From an uncultured Eubacteriales bacterium (GTDB lineage: Bacteria > Bacillota > Clostridia > Oscillospirales > CAG-272), in assembly GCA_934394585.1 (NCBI GenBank), contig CAKRQU010000002.1, forward strand, positions 51,874 to 115,873: DNA of 64,000 nucleotides, read 5' to 3'. The notes below the pieces were generated by a model. The model saw only the letters and a list, made by a program, of their open reading frames with translations, was not told the origin of the DNA and ran no database searches. Within the stretch, counting starts at the first letter, position 1. Every line of letters starts with the position of its first letter. Below are positions 46,790 to 56,695 of the stretch, piece by piece. The translations under genes were made by a program, and so were the position numbers.

Positions 46790-47978
46790 TATATAAATCT
46801 CCGTACAATTCAATATACTCCGCAAAACGTGCGTCGCCGTCAAACCTGCGTGCATTTCCGACGCAGTCGCTTTTTTTGAAAATTTTATTTTCGCAGGCGT
46901 TTTTTATCGCCGCTGCAAAGGCGGAAATATCATCCCGCGCGACCGCTATTCCGCTTTTTTCGTCTATGCACTCGGGACTCCCGCCCGAATCGAAAGTCAC
47001 TACGGGGATGCCGCAGGCATTTGCCTCGGCATTTACCAGACCGAGAACTTCGTCCCTCGTGGGATTTGCGAAAACATCCGCTCCGCGATAAATCGCGGCG
47101 AGCGCCTCGCGGCTCTCCGTGCGGCGTATTTTTATTATGCTCTCCGGCAGTTCTTTTTCCGTATATTCGTCCGTTCCCACGGCGACCACTCTGTATTTTT
47201 CGCCGAGAAGCTCCGGCAGGCGGGCGAAAATATCGATTCCCTTTCGCCTGCTCCACGGAGAAGCCACTCCGAGCACGGTATATCTGCCTTCCTCTCTGCG
47301 CGCTTCCCCCTCCGCCCTGAAAACGGAAAGGTCTATCCCGTTGTATATCACGCGGGAAGGATATGCGCAGAGAAACGATTTTTCAAGCTCGCCCGCAAGC
47401 CAGCGCGAGGGGCATACGAATGTGATATCCAGCCCGTCGCCGTAAAGGCGCTTTTTCATTTCGAAAAGCTCCGCGCTCCTGTCCCTGCTCGCCGCGGGAT
47501 ATTCCCCGTATTGCGGGCAGTCACCGCAGCCTTTTTCCCATTTACGGCAATCTGCCATGCAGAAATACGGGCAATGCCCCGTAAAAGCCCAGCAGTCGTG
47601 CAGAGTCCAAACGGTTTTTATCCGCGCCTTTTTCAGCCATCCGAAGAAAATCGGCAGGTTTATCACGCTGTTGTGCAGATTGTGCAGGTGTATTATATCG
47701 GGCGACACATTTTCTATTTTCCGTATCAGGCTGTGCGTAGCCATGCGCGCAGCCTTTCCGTCATATCCCGTGATGTAGGCTATCCTCGAAGATGCGGCAA
47801 CGGAAAGCCACGGACCGAAAAAGTAATGCCCTTCCGTATTTTTCATGCCGAGCGTATCGCGCGATCGCGGAGAAGCCGTCACTGCCTCTATCCCGTTTTT
47901 GCGGGCGAGCGCCGCGATGCCCTCCATTATGCCGCCGGTACTTCCGCCGCGGCATGAATTTATTTCGAATATTTTCAA
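46782..47978 (-). CDS. glycosyltransferase (GT-B, GT4-like)
   Basis: TTG start at 47978 overlaps the upstream stop (TTGA), giving MKIFEINS... Paralogous to 50487-51686. Contains WTLHDCWAFTGHC and a C-terminal E(x7)E-type region. Confidence 0.7.
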   Translation of the reverse strand: MKIFEINSCRGGSTGGIMEGIAALARKNGIEAVTASPRSRDTLGMKNTEGHYFFGPWLSVAASSRIAYITGYDGKAARMATHSLIRKIENVSPDIIHLHNLHNSVINLPIFFGWLKKARIKTVWTLHDCWAFTGHCPYFCMADCRKWEKGCGDCPQYGEYPAASRDRSAELFEMKKRLYGDGLDITFVCPSRWLAGELEKSFLCAYPSRVIYNGIDLSVFRAEGEARREEGRYTVLGVASPWSRRKGIDIFARLPELLGEKYRVVAVGTDEYTEKELPESIIKIRRTESREALAAIYRGADVFANPTRDEVLGLVNAEANACGIPVVTFDSGGSPECIDEKSGIAVARDDISAFAAAIKNACENKIFKKSDCVGNARRFDGDARFAEYIELYGDLYNE

Positions 47979-49279
47979 ATGCGGGTACCGACCTCTCTTT
48001 TGCCGAATCCGTAAAAACGCATCAGCAAAGCGATATAAAGCAATCTGAACCATACCTCCGACTGGATGAATATGCTCCAGCACGAGCTCATGGAAATGAA
48101 ATAAATCGCCTCTGCCAGCAGGCATACATTCATATACGAAGCTTTTCTTTTTCCCGCGTCGTAAACCGCATTTGCTATCCCCGAAATAATGAGCGGAAAT
48201 ACCGCAAGCCCGAGATATCCCATATCGCGGAAATGATAATAAAACAGCGTCGGAAAAGCATTGAATTTTATTCCCGCTCCGATATAAATCGCATTGTCGA
48301 AAAGATTGTTTGCAAAAACGGACGAAAGCAGCGGTACTGTACGCCCCGAAAGATAATAAAGGAAAATATTTATTATCTCGAAAAATCCGCGGAATGTCAT
48401 CACGCCGAAAGTGCGGTCCGTAAGACCGAAGGTATGCGGATTTTGCAGAGCTTCATCGAAAATATGGATACCGCCGACAAAATAAGTTATACCGCCGCCG
48501 AGAAAATCGGTTTCGCCGTCATTGGTGCGCAGGGCTATATTGACAAAAGCAAAAACGACAGCCGCGAGTATCAGCAGATTTCGCTTTGCCGCACTTATCG
48601 GCGCCGCGCCTGTTTTTCTCTTTATGCGGGAATATATCACCAGAAAAACGATGAGCATATAGAATACGCTGAGGCGTCCGCCCGTGATAAGCGTTATCAC
48701 CGCCATATTAATAAAAGAAACGAGATAATATTTCTTTTTTATCGCCCCGTCGAGGGCAGCCACCGTTCCCACGATGAAATTTGCATAAGCAAACGGGAAT
48801 ATGCCGTAGGAAATATACAGCATACGCTCGAATGTGCTCATGAATGCGGAGCCGTCTTCATAAGTTCCGCTTGTGTATATCCTGCGGACAATATACCAGT
48901 TTCCGTCCAGTATATAAACAAACATTCTGCTGAGCAGTACGAGAAGGAAAACGCTCACGATTATCTGGACGGCAAGAAAGCGCTTATTTGTCCTGTGAGC
49001 ATCCGCATTTATCGCGCAGCTCTCCGCGCTTTTTTCCACGCGTTTTCTTTTTCCGAAATGAAGGAGGAGAAAACCGATATTATAGAAAATAATGCCTATC
49101 GTAAGTATAATATATACATTGCTTTCCGGACGGAAAAGCCCCGCAATATTTATCGCGTCGAAAAGAAGCACAAGAAACCATATCCCGTTGAAAAAGCATC
49201 CGGGATAGAAAATATCTTTATGCATCATATAGAAAAGAAAGGCAAAAACAAATGCCGTAAGTAAAGGTATAATATACAT
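47975..49279 (-). CDS. wzy: putative Wzy-type polysaccharide polymerase
   Basis: 434 aa, highly hydrophobic polytopic protein with no other match. Position within the Wzx/Wzy-type operon. Confidence 0.55.
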   Translation of the reverse strand: MYIIPLLTAFVFAFLFYMMHKDIFYPGCFFNGIWFLVLLFDAINIAGLFRPESNVYIILTIGIIFYNIGFLLLHFGKRKRVEKSAESCAINADAHRTNKRFLAVQIIVSVFLLVLLSRMFVYILDGNWYIVRRIYTSGTYEDGSAFMSTFERMLYISYGIFPFAYANFIVGTVAALDGAIKKKYYLVSFINMAVITLITGGRLSVFYMLIVFLVIYSRIKRKTGAAPISAAKRNLLILAAVVFAFVNIALRTNDGETDFLGGGITYFVGGIHIFDEALQNPHTFGLTDRTFGVMTFRGFFEIINIFLYYLSGRTVPLLSSVFANNLFDNAIYIGAGIKFNAFPTLFYYHFRDMGYLGLAVFPLIISGIANAVYDAGKRKASYMNVCLLAEAIYFISMSSCWSIFIQSEVWFRLLYIALLMRFYGFGKREVGTRI

Positions 49280-49294
49280 TTTCTGTTCCTTACA

Positions 49295-50461
49295 TCAGTT
49301 TTCTTTTATCAGCTTCAGTATTTTTCCCGCCTGAGTGCGGCTGTTTTTTTCTTTTGCTATGAACTGCGCGGCGCGGCGCGCCTTTGATATGTAAAACCCG
49401 CTTTCGTCATTACATACTTTCTCTATCGCGCGCGCCATATCCCGCGCGGTATCTCCGTCTATATAATTTATATAGTCATCGTATTCCGCGGGAATGCCGT
49501 CGAGCCTGTATCCGAGAAAAGGCTTTCCGGAAGCGAGATATTCCATCGTTTTGGAGGGAAAGCTGTATTTCGTATATTCGCCGTGAGCGGGGCGCGGATT
49601 TATCAGCAGTGCCGCTTCATCGCGCAGCTTTTCCACCTGCTCTTTCGGTATATAGCCGAGAAATTTTATGCGACAGTCCTTTTCAGCCGCTTTCTTTATT
49701 TCGGGCACGACATCGCCGTCGCCGCACAAAATAAGGCGGAAATCTTCATCTTTTATCTGCGAAAAAGCTGCCAGCAATGTTTTTATGCCGAATTTTTCAT
49801 GCAGTGCACCGGCATAAAATACGGTTTTTCCCGCGGGCTCGGTCGGCACGGGAATATCCCCGCCGTATATTCCTTCCACCACGGTATACGGGCGATCGCC
49901 CACGCAAAGAGGCTCGCGCATCGCTTCCGTGAGCAAAACAAATCTGTCTGCACGCGCCATGGCGGAATATATCATTTTGTTGTTTACTTTGCGCATCAGC
50001 CTTTTTATCATACCTGTTTTGCCGAGGTCGTAATATTCGGGCAGATCCGTGACTATCAGCGTCACGGCACAGCTTTTGTCTATGTTTTTTACGGCGCGAA
50101 GAAACGGCATGTATGTCGAATAAATCACTATTTCTTCATCGCGCAGAGAGGAAAGCAGACGTTTTATTTTTCTTTTGCGTGAAATCTGCTTCAGAAAAGG
50201 AATATTTATGCCGCCTATATTTGTATGAACAGCGCCGCCGTATTCCCATTTCCCGCCTTTTATGAAAAGCCCGCGGTAATGTTTCGGGAAAGTGCCTACG
50301 GGAAGGCAGTTTATCAGGCGAACGTTTTCGCCGCAGGAAATAAGCCCGTCGATGCATCCCCACTGAAAGGAATTTATCTGATTTTGCATGAAGCCGCCGC
50401 GGCTTTTTCTGTATATTTCGGCTTCCGAGCCTTTCGGATAAAGCAGACTTAAAAATACCAC
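49295..50461 (-). CDS. glycosyltransferase (GT4-like)
   Basis: GTG start with AAGGAGGG RBS. C-terminal FPSKTMEYLASGKP is the EX7E-type motif region. Confidence 0.7.
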   Translation of the reverse strand: MVFLSLLYPKGSEAEIYRKSRGGFMQNQINSFQWGCIDGLISCGENVRLINCLPVGTFPKHYRGLFIKGGKWEYGGAVHTNIGGINIPFLKQISRKRKIKRLLSSLRDEEIVIYSTYMPFLRAVKNIDKSCAVTLIVTDLPEYYDLGKTGMIKRLMRKVNNKMIYSAMARADRFVLLTEAMREPLCVGDRPYTVVEGIYGGDIPVPTEPAGKTVFYAGALHEKFGIKTLLAAFSQIKDEDFRLILCGDGDVVPEIKKAAEKDCRIKFLGYIPKEQVEKLRDEAALLINPRPAHGEYTKYSFPSKTMEYLASGKPFLGYRLDGIPAEYDDYINYIDGDTARDMARAIEKVCNDESGFYISKARRAAQFIAKEKNSRTQAGKILKLIKEN

Positions 50462-50486
50462 CCGTTCACCCTCCTTTCCGTGAAAA

Positions 50487-51686
50487 TCATTTGTTTTCGT
50501 ACATCAGAATATATTCGTGAAATTTTCTGTTTTTTTCAAATTCCGCCGCCCTTGCCATACATGCTCCCGCAGAAGGCGGATTGCAAGCCATCTTTTTTAT
50601 TTCGTCGCACAGCGCGCCGATATCCCCGGTCGGTACGACAGCGCCGCATTCTGCGGATATTATTTCCGGCATAGCCGTATTGTCGTAAACTATCACGGGC
50701 GTGCCGCAGGCGAGCGCCTCCGGTATCACCAAACCCATGGCTTCCTCTCGGCTCAGATTAAGAAAGATATCCGCCGCGGAATATATCGCTGCCAGCTCTG
50801 TCATGCTGCCTGTTTTCGGAGTGCAGACTATGCTTTCCGGTACGGCTTCCGCCTGCCTGTCGCTTACTCCCGCCATCACTATGCGGTATCCTTTGCCTAT
50901 CGCTTTGCCGAGCTTTATAAAATCCGAAAAGCCCTTTTTCTCGCTCCATGCGCCTGCCGCGCCGAGCAGCATTTTTTCGTTTTCGGCTATATTGTGTTCC
51001 TTTCGGAAATCGCTTTCTGTCGGCTTGAATATATCAAAATCTATGCCGTTGTATATAACCTTTATTTCATAGCACGAAAGAAACGATTCCTTTGCACGCG
51101 CGGCAAGCCAGTGCGAAGGCGCCGTGAGCGTCATATCAGGTATTCCGGTAAAAAGCGCCTTTTTTTGCGCATAATTTTTCGCGGAATTTCCGAAAACCAG
51201 ACATGATGGATATTCCCTCTTCTGCGGACATTTCCCGCATCCGTTTTTCCATCCGTCGCACGCGGCGGCGGTAAAGTGAGCGCAATGCCCGGTAAACGCC
51301 CAGCAATCGTGCAGAGTCCATATTATCCTTTTTTTGCAGGTGCGCAGATATGAGAAAAGAATTTTTAAATTTATATAATATCCGTGGATATTATGCAGAT
51401 GGATCACATCGGGGTCGTACTTTTTCACCCATTCTATAAAACGGCGCGTCGCCGCGGCGCTCCCGCCTCCGTGCGCATCGAAAAAGCGCGTTTTCAGCGC
51501 ATGAAGCTTCACATCAAAATCATTTCCTATGCGAACGGCATATTTTTTATATTCGTCGGGGACAATCCCTCTGCCGTAGGCTATTTTGCATTCATGCCCC
51601 GCGCCGACAGCCATATCGGCTATGTCGGTACATATTCTTCCCGTGCTGCCCACGCCGCAAACGGAATTTATCATAAGTATTTTCAT
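50487..51686 (-). CDS. glycosyltransferase (GT4-like), paralog of 46782-47978
   Basis: MKILMINSVCGVGSTGR N-terminus, WTLHDCWAFTGHC and EAMGLVIPEALACGTPV. Confidence 0.7.
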   Translation of the reverse strand: MKILMINSVCGVGSTGRICTDIADMAVGAGHECKIAYGRGIVPDEYKKYAVRIGNDFDVKLHALKTRFFDAHGGGSAAATRRFIEWVKKYDPDVIHLHNIHGYYINLKILFSYLRTCKKRIIWTLHDCWAFTGHCAHFTAAACDGWKNGCGKCPQKREYPSCLVFGNSAKNYAQKKALFTGIPDMTLTAPSHWLAARAKESFLSCYEIKVIYNGIDFDIFKPTESDFRKEHNIAENEKMLLGAAGAWSEKKGFSDFIKLGKAIGKGYRIVMAGVSDRQAEAVPESIVCTPKTGSMTELAAIYSAADIFLNLSREEAMGLVIPEALACGTPVIVYDNTAMPEIISAECGAVVPTGDIGALCDEIKKMACNPPSAGACMARAAEFEKNRKFHEYILMYENK

Positions 51687-51701
51687 AGCCGCAAAGCTCC
51701 T

Positions 51702-52907
51702 TTATCCGCGCATGATTATTTCATACGCTTTTTCTGCCGTATAATTTTTTTCGAGATATGCGAAAGCATTTTCGCCGAGCGCCTTTATTTCGTTTTCGCT
51801 CATGGCAAGAAAAGCATCGACCGCCGCCGCAAATTTGTTTTCGTCATCGCTTTCGCACGAAATGCCGAAATTGCCCGCCGTTATCACGTCGCCGATATCT
51901 GTATTTTTATCCGTACATGAAAGCACGGGTATGCGCGCCTGCATATACGAAAGCAATCTGGAAGGAAAATTAGGCACGGTAAACCGACTGTCGAGAAATA
52001 TCATTCCCACATCGCACACGGCTGTCAGTTTTTCGAAATCCGCACGTGGAAGCGCGGGCAAAAGCGCCGCGTTTTCCGGCTTTTCCTCATCGAAAAATCT
52101 TCTCAGCGCGCCGTATTCCGTTCCGCTTCCGACGATTAGGAAAAATGCATTTTTCCTCGTGCGCACGGCACGAAGGCATTTTTCGACAAAAGGTATTCCC
52201 TGCGGTCTGCCGAGATTTCCGCCGTATATGAAAACGGTCCGCTCCTCCGGTATGCCGTATTTTTTGCGGACTGCCGCGCGCGTTTCCGCGTCTTTTTGCA
52301 TATATTCCGGCTCTATGCTGTTCGGACAGACCGTCACTCTTTCGCCCGATATTTCCGGATTGTTTTGCAAAAGAAATCTTACATTTGCCTGCGACATGCA
52401 GCCTATTTTATCCGATATGCGGTAAAGTTCCTTTTCATTTTTGCGGAAATATCGGTAAATAAACGATTTTATCCCCGTTTTGCTCATCATGCCGAGATCC
52501 GCGGCGTTCTGCGGGAAAATATCTTTCAGCAGCAGATATGTTTTCGCGCCGTCGCGCTTTTTCACAAATCGCACCGCGCCGCAAAGCGTTATCGGCGGCG
52601 TGGAATAAAGCACCATATCAAATTTCACATTGCCGAAATATTTTTTTACGGCGGATATGAAGCTGTGTCCCACCGTGAGCGTGGATATGCCTTTTTCTAT
52701 GATATTTGTTTTCTGCATATTGCCGATTTTCAGCTTCAGCATACGGGAATTTTCCGTCAGGCGAGTTTTCTTTCCGGTGCGCCTTTCCGATGGGGATATG
52801 CAATAGACATCATGCCCGTTTTTTATGAATTCGCGCAGCAGATCGCAATATATATTCCGCTCGGAAAAAGAAGAAAAATCAAGCAAAGTAAGAAAAAGTA
52901 TATTCAT
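51702..52907 (-). CDS. glycosyltransferase (GT4, WbuB-like)
   Basis: MNILFLTLLDF...NIYCDLLREF N-terminus is typical of WbuB-type L-FucNAc transferases. Co-occurs with the fnlABC-like genes. Confidence 0.7.
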   Translation of the reverse strand: MNILFLTLLDFSSFSERNIYCDLLREFIKNGHDVYCISPSERRTGKKTRLTENSRMLKLKIGNMQKTNIIEKGISTLTVGHSFISAVKKYFGNVKFDMVLYSTPPITLCGAVRFVKKRDGAKTYLLLKDIFPQNAADLGMMSKTGIKSFIYRYFRKNEKELYRISDKIGCMSQANVRFLLQNNPEISGERVTVCPNSIEPEYMQKDAETRAAVRKKYGIPEERTVFIYGGNLGRPQGIPFVEKCLRAVRTRKNAFFLIVGSGTEYGALRRFFDEEKPENAALLPALPRADFEKLTAVCDVGMIFLDSRFTVPNFPSRLLSYMQARIPVLSCTDKNTDIGDVITAGNFGISCESDDENKFAAAVDAFLAMSENEIKALGENAFAYLEKNYTAEKAYEIIMRG

Positions 52908-53503
52908 TTTATTCTCCTGCAGGGCACACCGACATAAGTCCCCGCTTCGTTTATATCATGCAGTACGAGCGCACCCGCACCGACCACGGTACTGCCGCAT
53001 ACGGTAATATTGTTTACCACCGTGGCACCTGCGCCGATGAATGTATTTTCGCCCAGTATCACAGTCCCCGCGAGATGCGCGCCTACCGAAACATGGGAAA
53101 AATCGCCCACGCGGCAATCATGGTCTGCGGAAGCGCAGGTATTTATTATCACGCCCGCGCCGATTACGGCATCGGGATTTATCACGGCGCCTGCGGCGAC
53201 AAATGTACCCGCGCCGATTACGGCGCTTTTCGCGACAACGCTTTTCGGATGGACGAGAGTTATCACTTTTTCGCCGTGATCGGAAAGCCGCCGCATTATG
53301 CTTTCTCTCGCCGTGCCGTTTCCGACAGCCACGAAAAAGTCGCTTCCGGAATATTCGGGAAAATCGGATACCGTACCGGAAACGGGTAGTCCCGCGCCTT
53401 TTCCGTCATCGAGAAAAAGCACATCGTCGTAGCCGCAAAGACGCGCCGCGTCCGCGCAGACTTTCCCGTGCCCGCCGGCACCTATTATGACAAGTCTTTT
53501 CAT
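52904..53503 (-). CDS. sugar N-acetyltransferase, NeuD/PglD-family hexapeptide-repeat protein
   Basis: MKRLVIIGAGGHGKV N-terminal domain and a left-handed beta-helix hexapeptide region (IGAG.. repeats). Confidence 0.75.
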   Translation of the reverse strand: MKRLVIIGAGGHGKVCADAARLCGYDDVLFLDDGKGAGLPVSGTVSDFPEYSGSDFFVAVGNGTARESIMRRLSDHGEKVITLVHPKSVVAKSAVIGAGTFVAAGAVINPDAVIGAGVIINTCASADHDCRVGDFSHVSVGAHLAGTVILGENTFIGAGATVVNNITVCGSTVVGAGALVLHDINEAGTYVGVPCRRIK

Positions 53504-54144
53504 AATTCAACCTTTTCCGCGCTTTTTTCGGCGCTGCCCGTAAATTCTTCCATTGTCGCGCTCGTGGCGCTGTTTATGCCCTTTCGGCAAAGCACGGCTT
53601 TCACCGTGCCGAAAAGTATTTTCACGTCGAGAGCAAAGCTGACATTTTTCACATAATAAACATCGAGCAAAAAACGCTCCTCAAACGAAACCGCGTTTCT
53701 GCCGTGTATCTGCGCATATCCGGTAATGCCCGGGCGCACATCGTGGCGACGCCGCTGCTCCTCCGTATAAAGAGGCAGATATTTCACCAGCAGAGGGCGC
53801 GGACCCACAAGCGACATGGAGCCGAAAAGCACATTTAAAAGCTCGGGCAGCTCATCGAGCGATGCGGAGCGCAGAAATCTGCCGTAAGCATTCAGCCGCT
53901 TTTCATCGGGAAGCAAAACTCCGTTTTCTTTTTTGTTGCTCATGGTGCGGAATTTTATCATGCTGAAAATCCGCTCGTTTCCGTTTTTGTCCTTTTTGCC
54001 GGGGCGTTTCTGTATGAAAAACGGATTTCCCCGCATGAAAACCGCGCCGCATACCGACAGTATTATCAAAAGCGGCGAAAGCACCGCCAGCGCGACAAAC
54101 GAAATTACAATATCGAAAAATCTTTTGAAAAAATGCAGATACAT
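53500..54144 (-). CDS. polyprenyl-phosphate sugar-phosphate transferase (PglC/WbaP-C-terminal type initiating enzyme)
   Basis: Single re-entrant N-terminal helix, DELPQ-like DELPEL, and PGITGYAQI. Confidence 0.8.
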   Translation of the reverse strand: MYLHFFKRFFDIVISFVALAVLSPLLIILSVCGAVFMRGNPFFIQKRPGKKDKNGNERIFSMIKFRTMSNKKENGVLLPDEKRLNAYGRFLRSASLDELPELLNVLFGSMSLVGPRPLLVKYLPLYTEEQRRRHDVRPGITGYAQIHGRNAVSFEERFLLDVYYVKNVSFALDVKILFGTVKAVLCRKGINSATSATMEEFTGSAEKSAEKVEL

Positions 54145-54153
54145 CGCAAAACC

Positions 54154-55386
54154 TCACGAAAAACAGCGGCGCACTATCTCTATTATGATATCCTGCTGTT
54201 CCTCTGTCATTTTATTGTCGCTGGGAAGGCAAAGCCCGCGTGCAAATATATCCGCACCTGTGTCATCGCCTTTTCCCTCTATGTATGCGTTTGTGCGCGC
54301 ACGCCCGTTTCCGCTCTCGGTGATAAACCCATTCATGCGGTAAAACGGCTGGAGATGCATGGGTTTCCAGATAGGACGCCCCTCGGCATTGTATTTTGCC
54401 AATGTTTCCAGTATTTCCGTGGGGCAGGTTTTTCCCGCCTCTTTTATATAGCAGGCTTCGCTGTCGCTCCTCACCTGCTTTGCCATCGCTTCCCTGTCTA
54501 TCAGAAGGCAGGAAAGCCAGAAATTCGGCTCGCTCTTTTCCGCGTCGAAAGGATTCATGCTGCAGGGCAGATCGGCAAATCCCGCTTTATATCTCTCGTA
54601 TATCGCCTTTTTCTGCGCGATATGCTCGTAAAGATGCGGTATCTGCCCGCGGACCACGCCCGCCGTGACATTGCTCATGCGGTAATTGTAGCCTATTTCC
54701 TCATGCTGATACCATGGCGCATTTTCTCTGCTCTGCGTGGACCATTTGCGCGCCTTGTTTGCCGCGTCTCTATCGTCTGTCAGAATCATGCCGCCGCATG
54801 AACCCGTGATTATTTTATTTCCGTTGAAGGAAATCGCATTGTATTTTCCGAATGTGCCCGTCTGCCTGCCGAGATAAGTCGCCCCCAGCGATTCCGCCGC
54901 GTCTTCTATAAGCACGGCGCCGTGCGCGGCACATATTTTTGCTATTTCGTCAAGCTTTGCGGGCGTGCCGTAAAGATTTGCGCAAACCACCGCTTTCGTA
55001 TCGGGATAAATTTCAAATGCCTTTTCCAGCGCCTTCGGGCTCATATTCCATGTATCGCGCTCCGTATCTATGAAAACGGGCACGCCGCCCTCGTAAACTA
55101 TCGGGTTTACCGTGGCGCTGAAAGTCATGTCGGAAGCAAAAACCATATCTCCGCGCTTCACTCCCGCCAGCTTCATGCACAGGTGCAGCGCCGCCGTACC
55201 GCAGGAAAGCGCCACGGCATTTCCGGCGCCCGTCAGCTCCGATATGAGCCGCTCCGTTTCGTTTATGTTTTCACCTACGGTAGACATCCAGTTTGTTTCG
55301 TATGCCTCTGCCATATATTTCATTTCTTCACCGTGCATTGTCGGCGAGGAAAGGTAAATTTTCTTTTCAAAAGGCTTTATTTCCAT
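54154..55386 (-). CDS. DegT/DnrJ/EryC1-family sugar aminotransferase (PglE/EpsN-like)
   Basis: About 410 aa. SFNGNKIIT carries the PLP-Lys motif (SFxxxK). Lies next to the PglD/PglC-like genes. Confidence 0.8.
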   Translation of the reverse strand: MEIKPFEKKIYLSSPTMHGEEMKYMAEAYETNWMSTVGENINETERLISELTGAGNAVALSCGTAALHLCMKLAGVKRGDMVFASDMTFSATVNPIVYEGGVPVFIDTERDTWNMSPKALEKAFEIYPDTKAVVCANLYGTPAKLDEIAKICAAHGAVLIEDAAESLGATYLGRQTGTFGKYNAISFNGNKIITGSCGGMILTDDRDAANKARKWSTQSRENAPWYQHEEIGYNYRMSNVTAGVVRGQIPHLYEHIAQKKAIYERYKAGFADLPCSMNPFDAEKSEPNFWLSCLLIDREAMAKQVRSDSEACYIKEAGKTCPTEILETLAKYNAEGRPIWKPMHLQPFYRMNGFITESGNGRARTNAYIEGKGDDTGADIFARGLCLPSDNKMTEEQQDIIIEIVRRCFS

Positions 55387-55464
55387 GGTTTTTCGCACCT
55401 CTTTTTTTCGTCGCTGCGCTGTCCGCGGCGAGATGGCAATAATATTGCTTTATAATTATACTAT

Positions 55465-55493
55465 ATAATATCATACAGCCGCCGCTATGTCAA
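55465..55493 (-). promoter_or_regulatory. candidate sigma-A promoter of the glycan operon
   Basis: Minus strand: TTGACA (55493-55488), 17 nt, TATTAT (55470-55465). Confidence 0.5.
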
Positions 55494-55515
55494 GAGCTTT
55501 CGTTTCATATAAAAA

Positions 55516-55548
55516 ATTCCGCCGTTTTGCACAAAACGACGGAAATTT
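55516..55548 (-). terminator. intrinsic terminator after the NUDIX gene
   Basis: TTCCGTCGTTTT-GTGC-AAAACGGCGGAA stem with one mismatch, followed by T6 (minus-strand sense). Confidence 0.55.
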
Positions 55549-55620
55549 ACTTTTGTATTTATATAAGTATTACAAAATATTACTTTATATTACAATATAT
55601 TTTTATACAGCATAAAAAGT

Positions 55621-56238
55621 TTATTCAAAAAGCACTTTCCATTGCGGATTTTCGCATGCGTCAAAGCACATCCGTATCTGCTCCGCGGTATTTTTCTCAT
55701 TGGCAAGCTCTGTCGGAAGCTCGTCTTTTCCGAAATAACGGCTGCCCGTGGTTTCGGTATTTTCGCAAAATTCTCCGCCGACAAGCTCGCAGAGCACGAA
55801 AATTTTTATCACGCCGAAAGCGTAATTTTGTACATTATGCCTGCGCCAGTCCTGCACGGCGATGAGGCGTTCCGCCTTCACGTCGAGCCCCGCTTCTTCC
55901 TTTACCTCTTTTTCCGTATTGGAAGCCACGGACATATCCGCATCGCACCAGCCGCCCGGGAGCGACCATGTGCCGTTTTTTTCATGCACGAGAAGGATTT
56001 TTCCGTTTTTGAAAACAGCCGCGCGCGTATCGGTTTTAGGCGTTTGATATCCCGTTTCGCCGCAGAAAATATCGCGTATTTTGCCAATCGGTATATCCGT
56101 GCGCCACGAAAGCATTTCCGCGGAAATCGTGCGCAGCTGCTCGTATCTTTCCCTGTCGAATACGTTTTTGCCGTAGGTGAGTCCCGCCTGCGCTATGCTT
56201 TGTATTTTCATCGCCCAGTCAAGTATTTTATCGTTCAT
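55621..56238 (-). CDS. NUDIX hydrolase with N-terminal NUDIX-associated domain
   Basis: Nudix box GGWCDADMSVASNTEKEVKEEAG (GX5EX7REUXEEXGU-like). ATG 56238 preferred over TTG 56268. Confidence 0.7.
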   Translation of the reverse strand: MNDKILDWAMKIQSIAQAGLTYGKNVFDRERYEQLRTISAEMLSWRTDIPIGKIRDIFCGETGYQTPKTDTRAAVFKNGKILLVHEKNGTWSLPGGWCDADMSVASNTEKEVKEEAGLDVKAERLIAVQDWRRHNVQNYAFGVIKIFVLCELVGGEFCENTETTGSRYFGKDELPTELANEKNTAEQIRMCFDACENPQWKVLFE

Positions 56239-56269
56239 TTCGCTTTTCCCCGCTTTTTTGTGATGCAAA

Positions 56270-56695
56270 TCAGCCGAAATTTCTTTTTCTCATTTCATCA
56301 TATTTCCGCTCTATCACGGAAAATCCCGCTTCGATATCGTCCGTATCGTAAACTGCGCTTTCCATGGGGCAAAGCCCCGTTTTGTCGCGGTTCATTATTC
56401 TCTCGGTTTTTTCCGCGCAGGAAACGGCTATGCCGTGCATGAGAAGAATATTTTCAGCCGCCGTGGAAATCACCCCGGCATAAATTTCCTTTATGCCCGC
56501 CTTTATGAAAAGCATAGCCGCGGATTTTCCCACCACCCTGTCGGCGGCGGAATATCCGACAAATCTTTTGCCTTCGCGCAGGAAATCCAGCATCGGCGCC
56601 ACGCCGCGCTTGTCGCTTGTGATGACGATACCGTCGCGGCAGAGCGCGAGTGTGTGACCGATAAGAGCCTCTTTTGCCTTTTCGATATCAGTCAT
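56270..56695 (-). CDS. DUF1893 (TM1506-like) protein
   Basis: HTLALCRDG...DKRGVAPML...VGKSAAML...GLCPME pattern. Start at ATG 56695 (AAGGA RBS). Confidence 0.6.
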   Translation of the reverse strand: MTDIEKAKEALIGHTLALCRDGIVITSDKRGVAPMLDFLREGKRFVGYSAADRVVGKSAAMLFIKAGIKEIYAGVISTAAENILLMHGIAVSCAEKTERIMNRDKTGLCPMESAVYDTDDIEAGFSVIERKYDEMRKRNFG

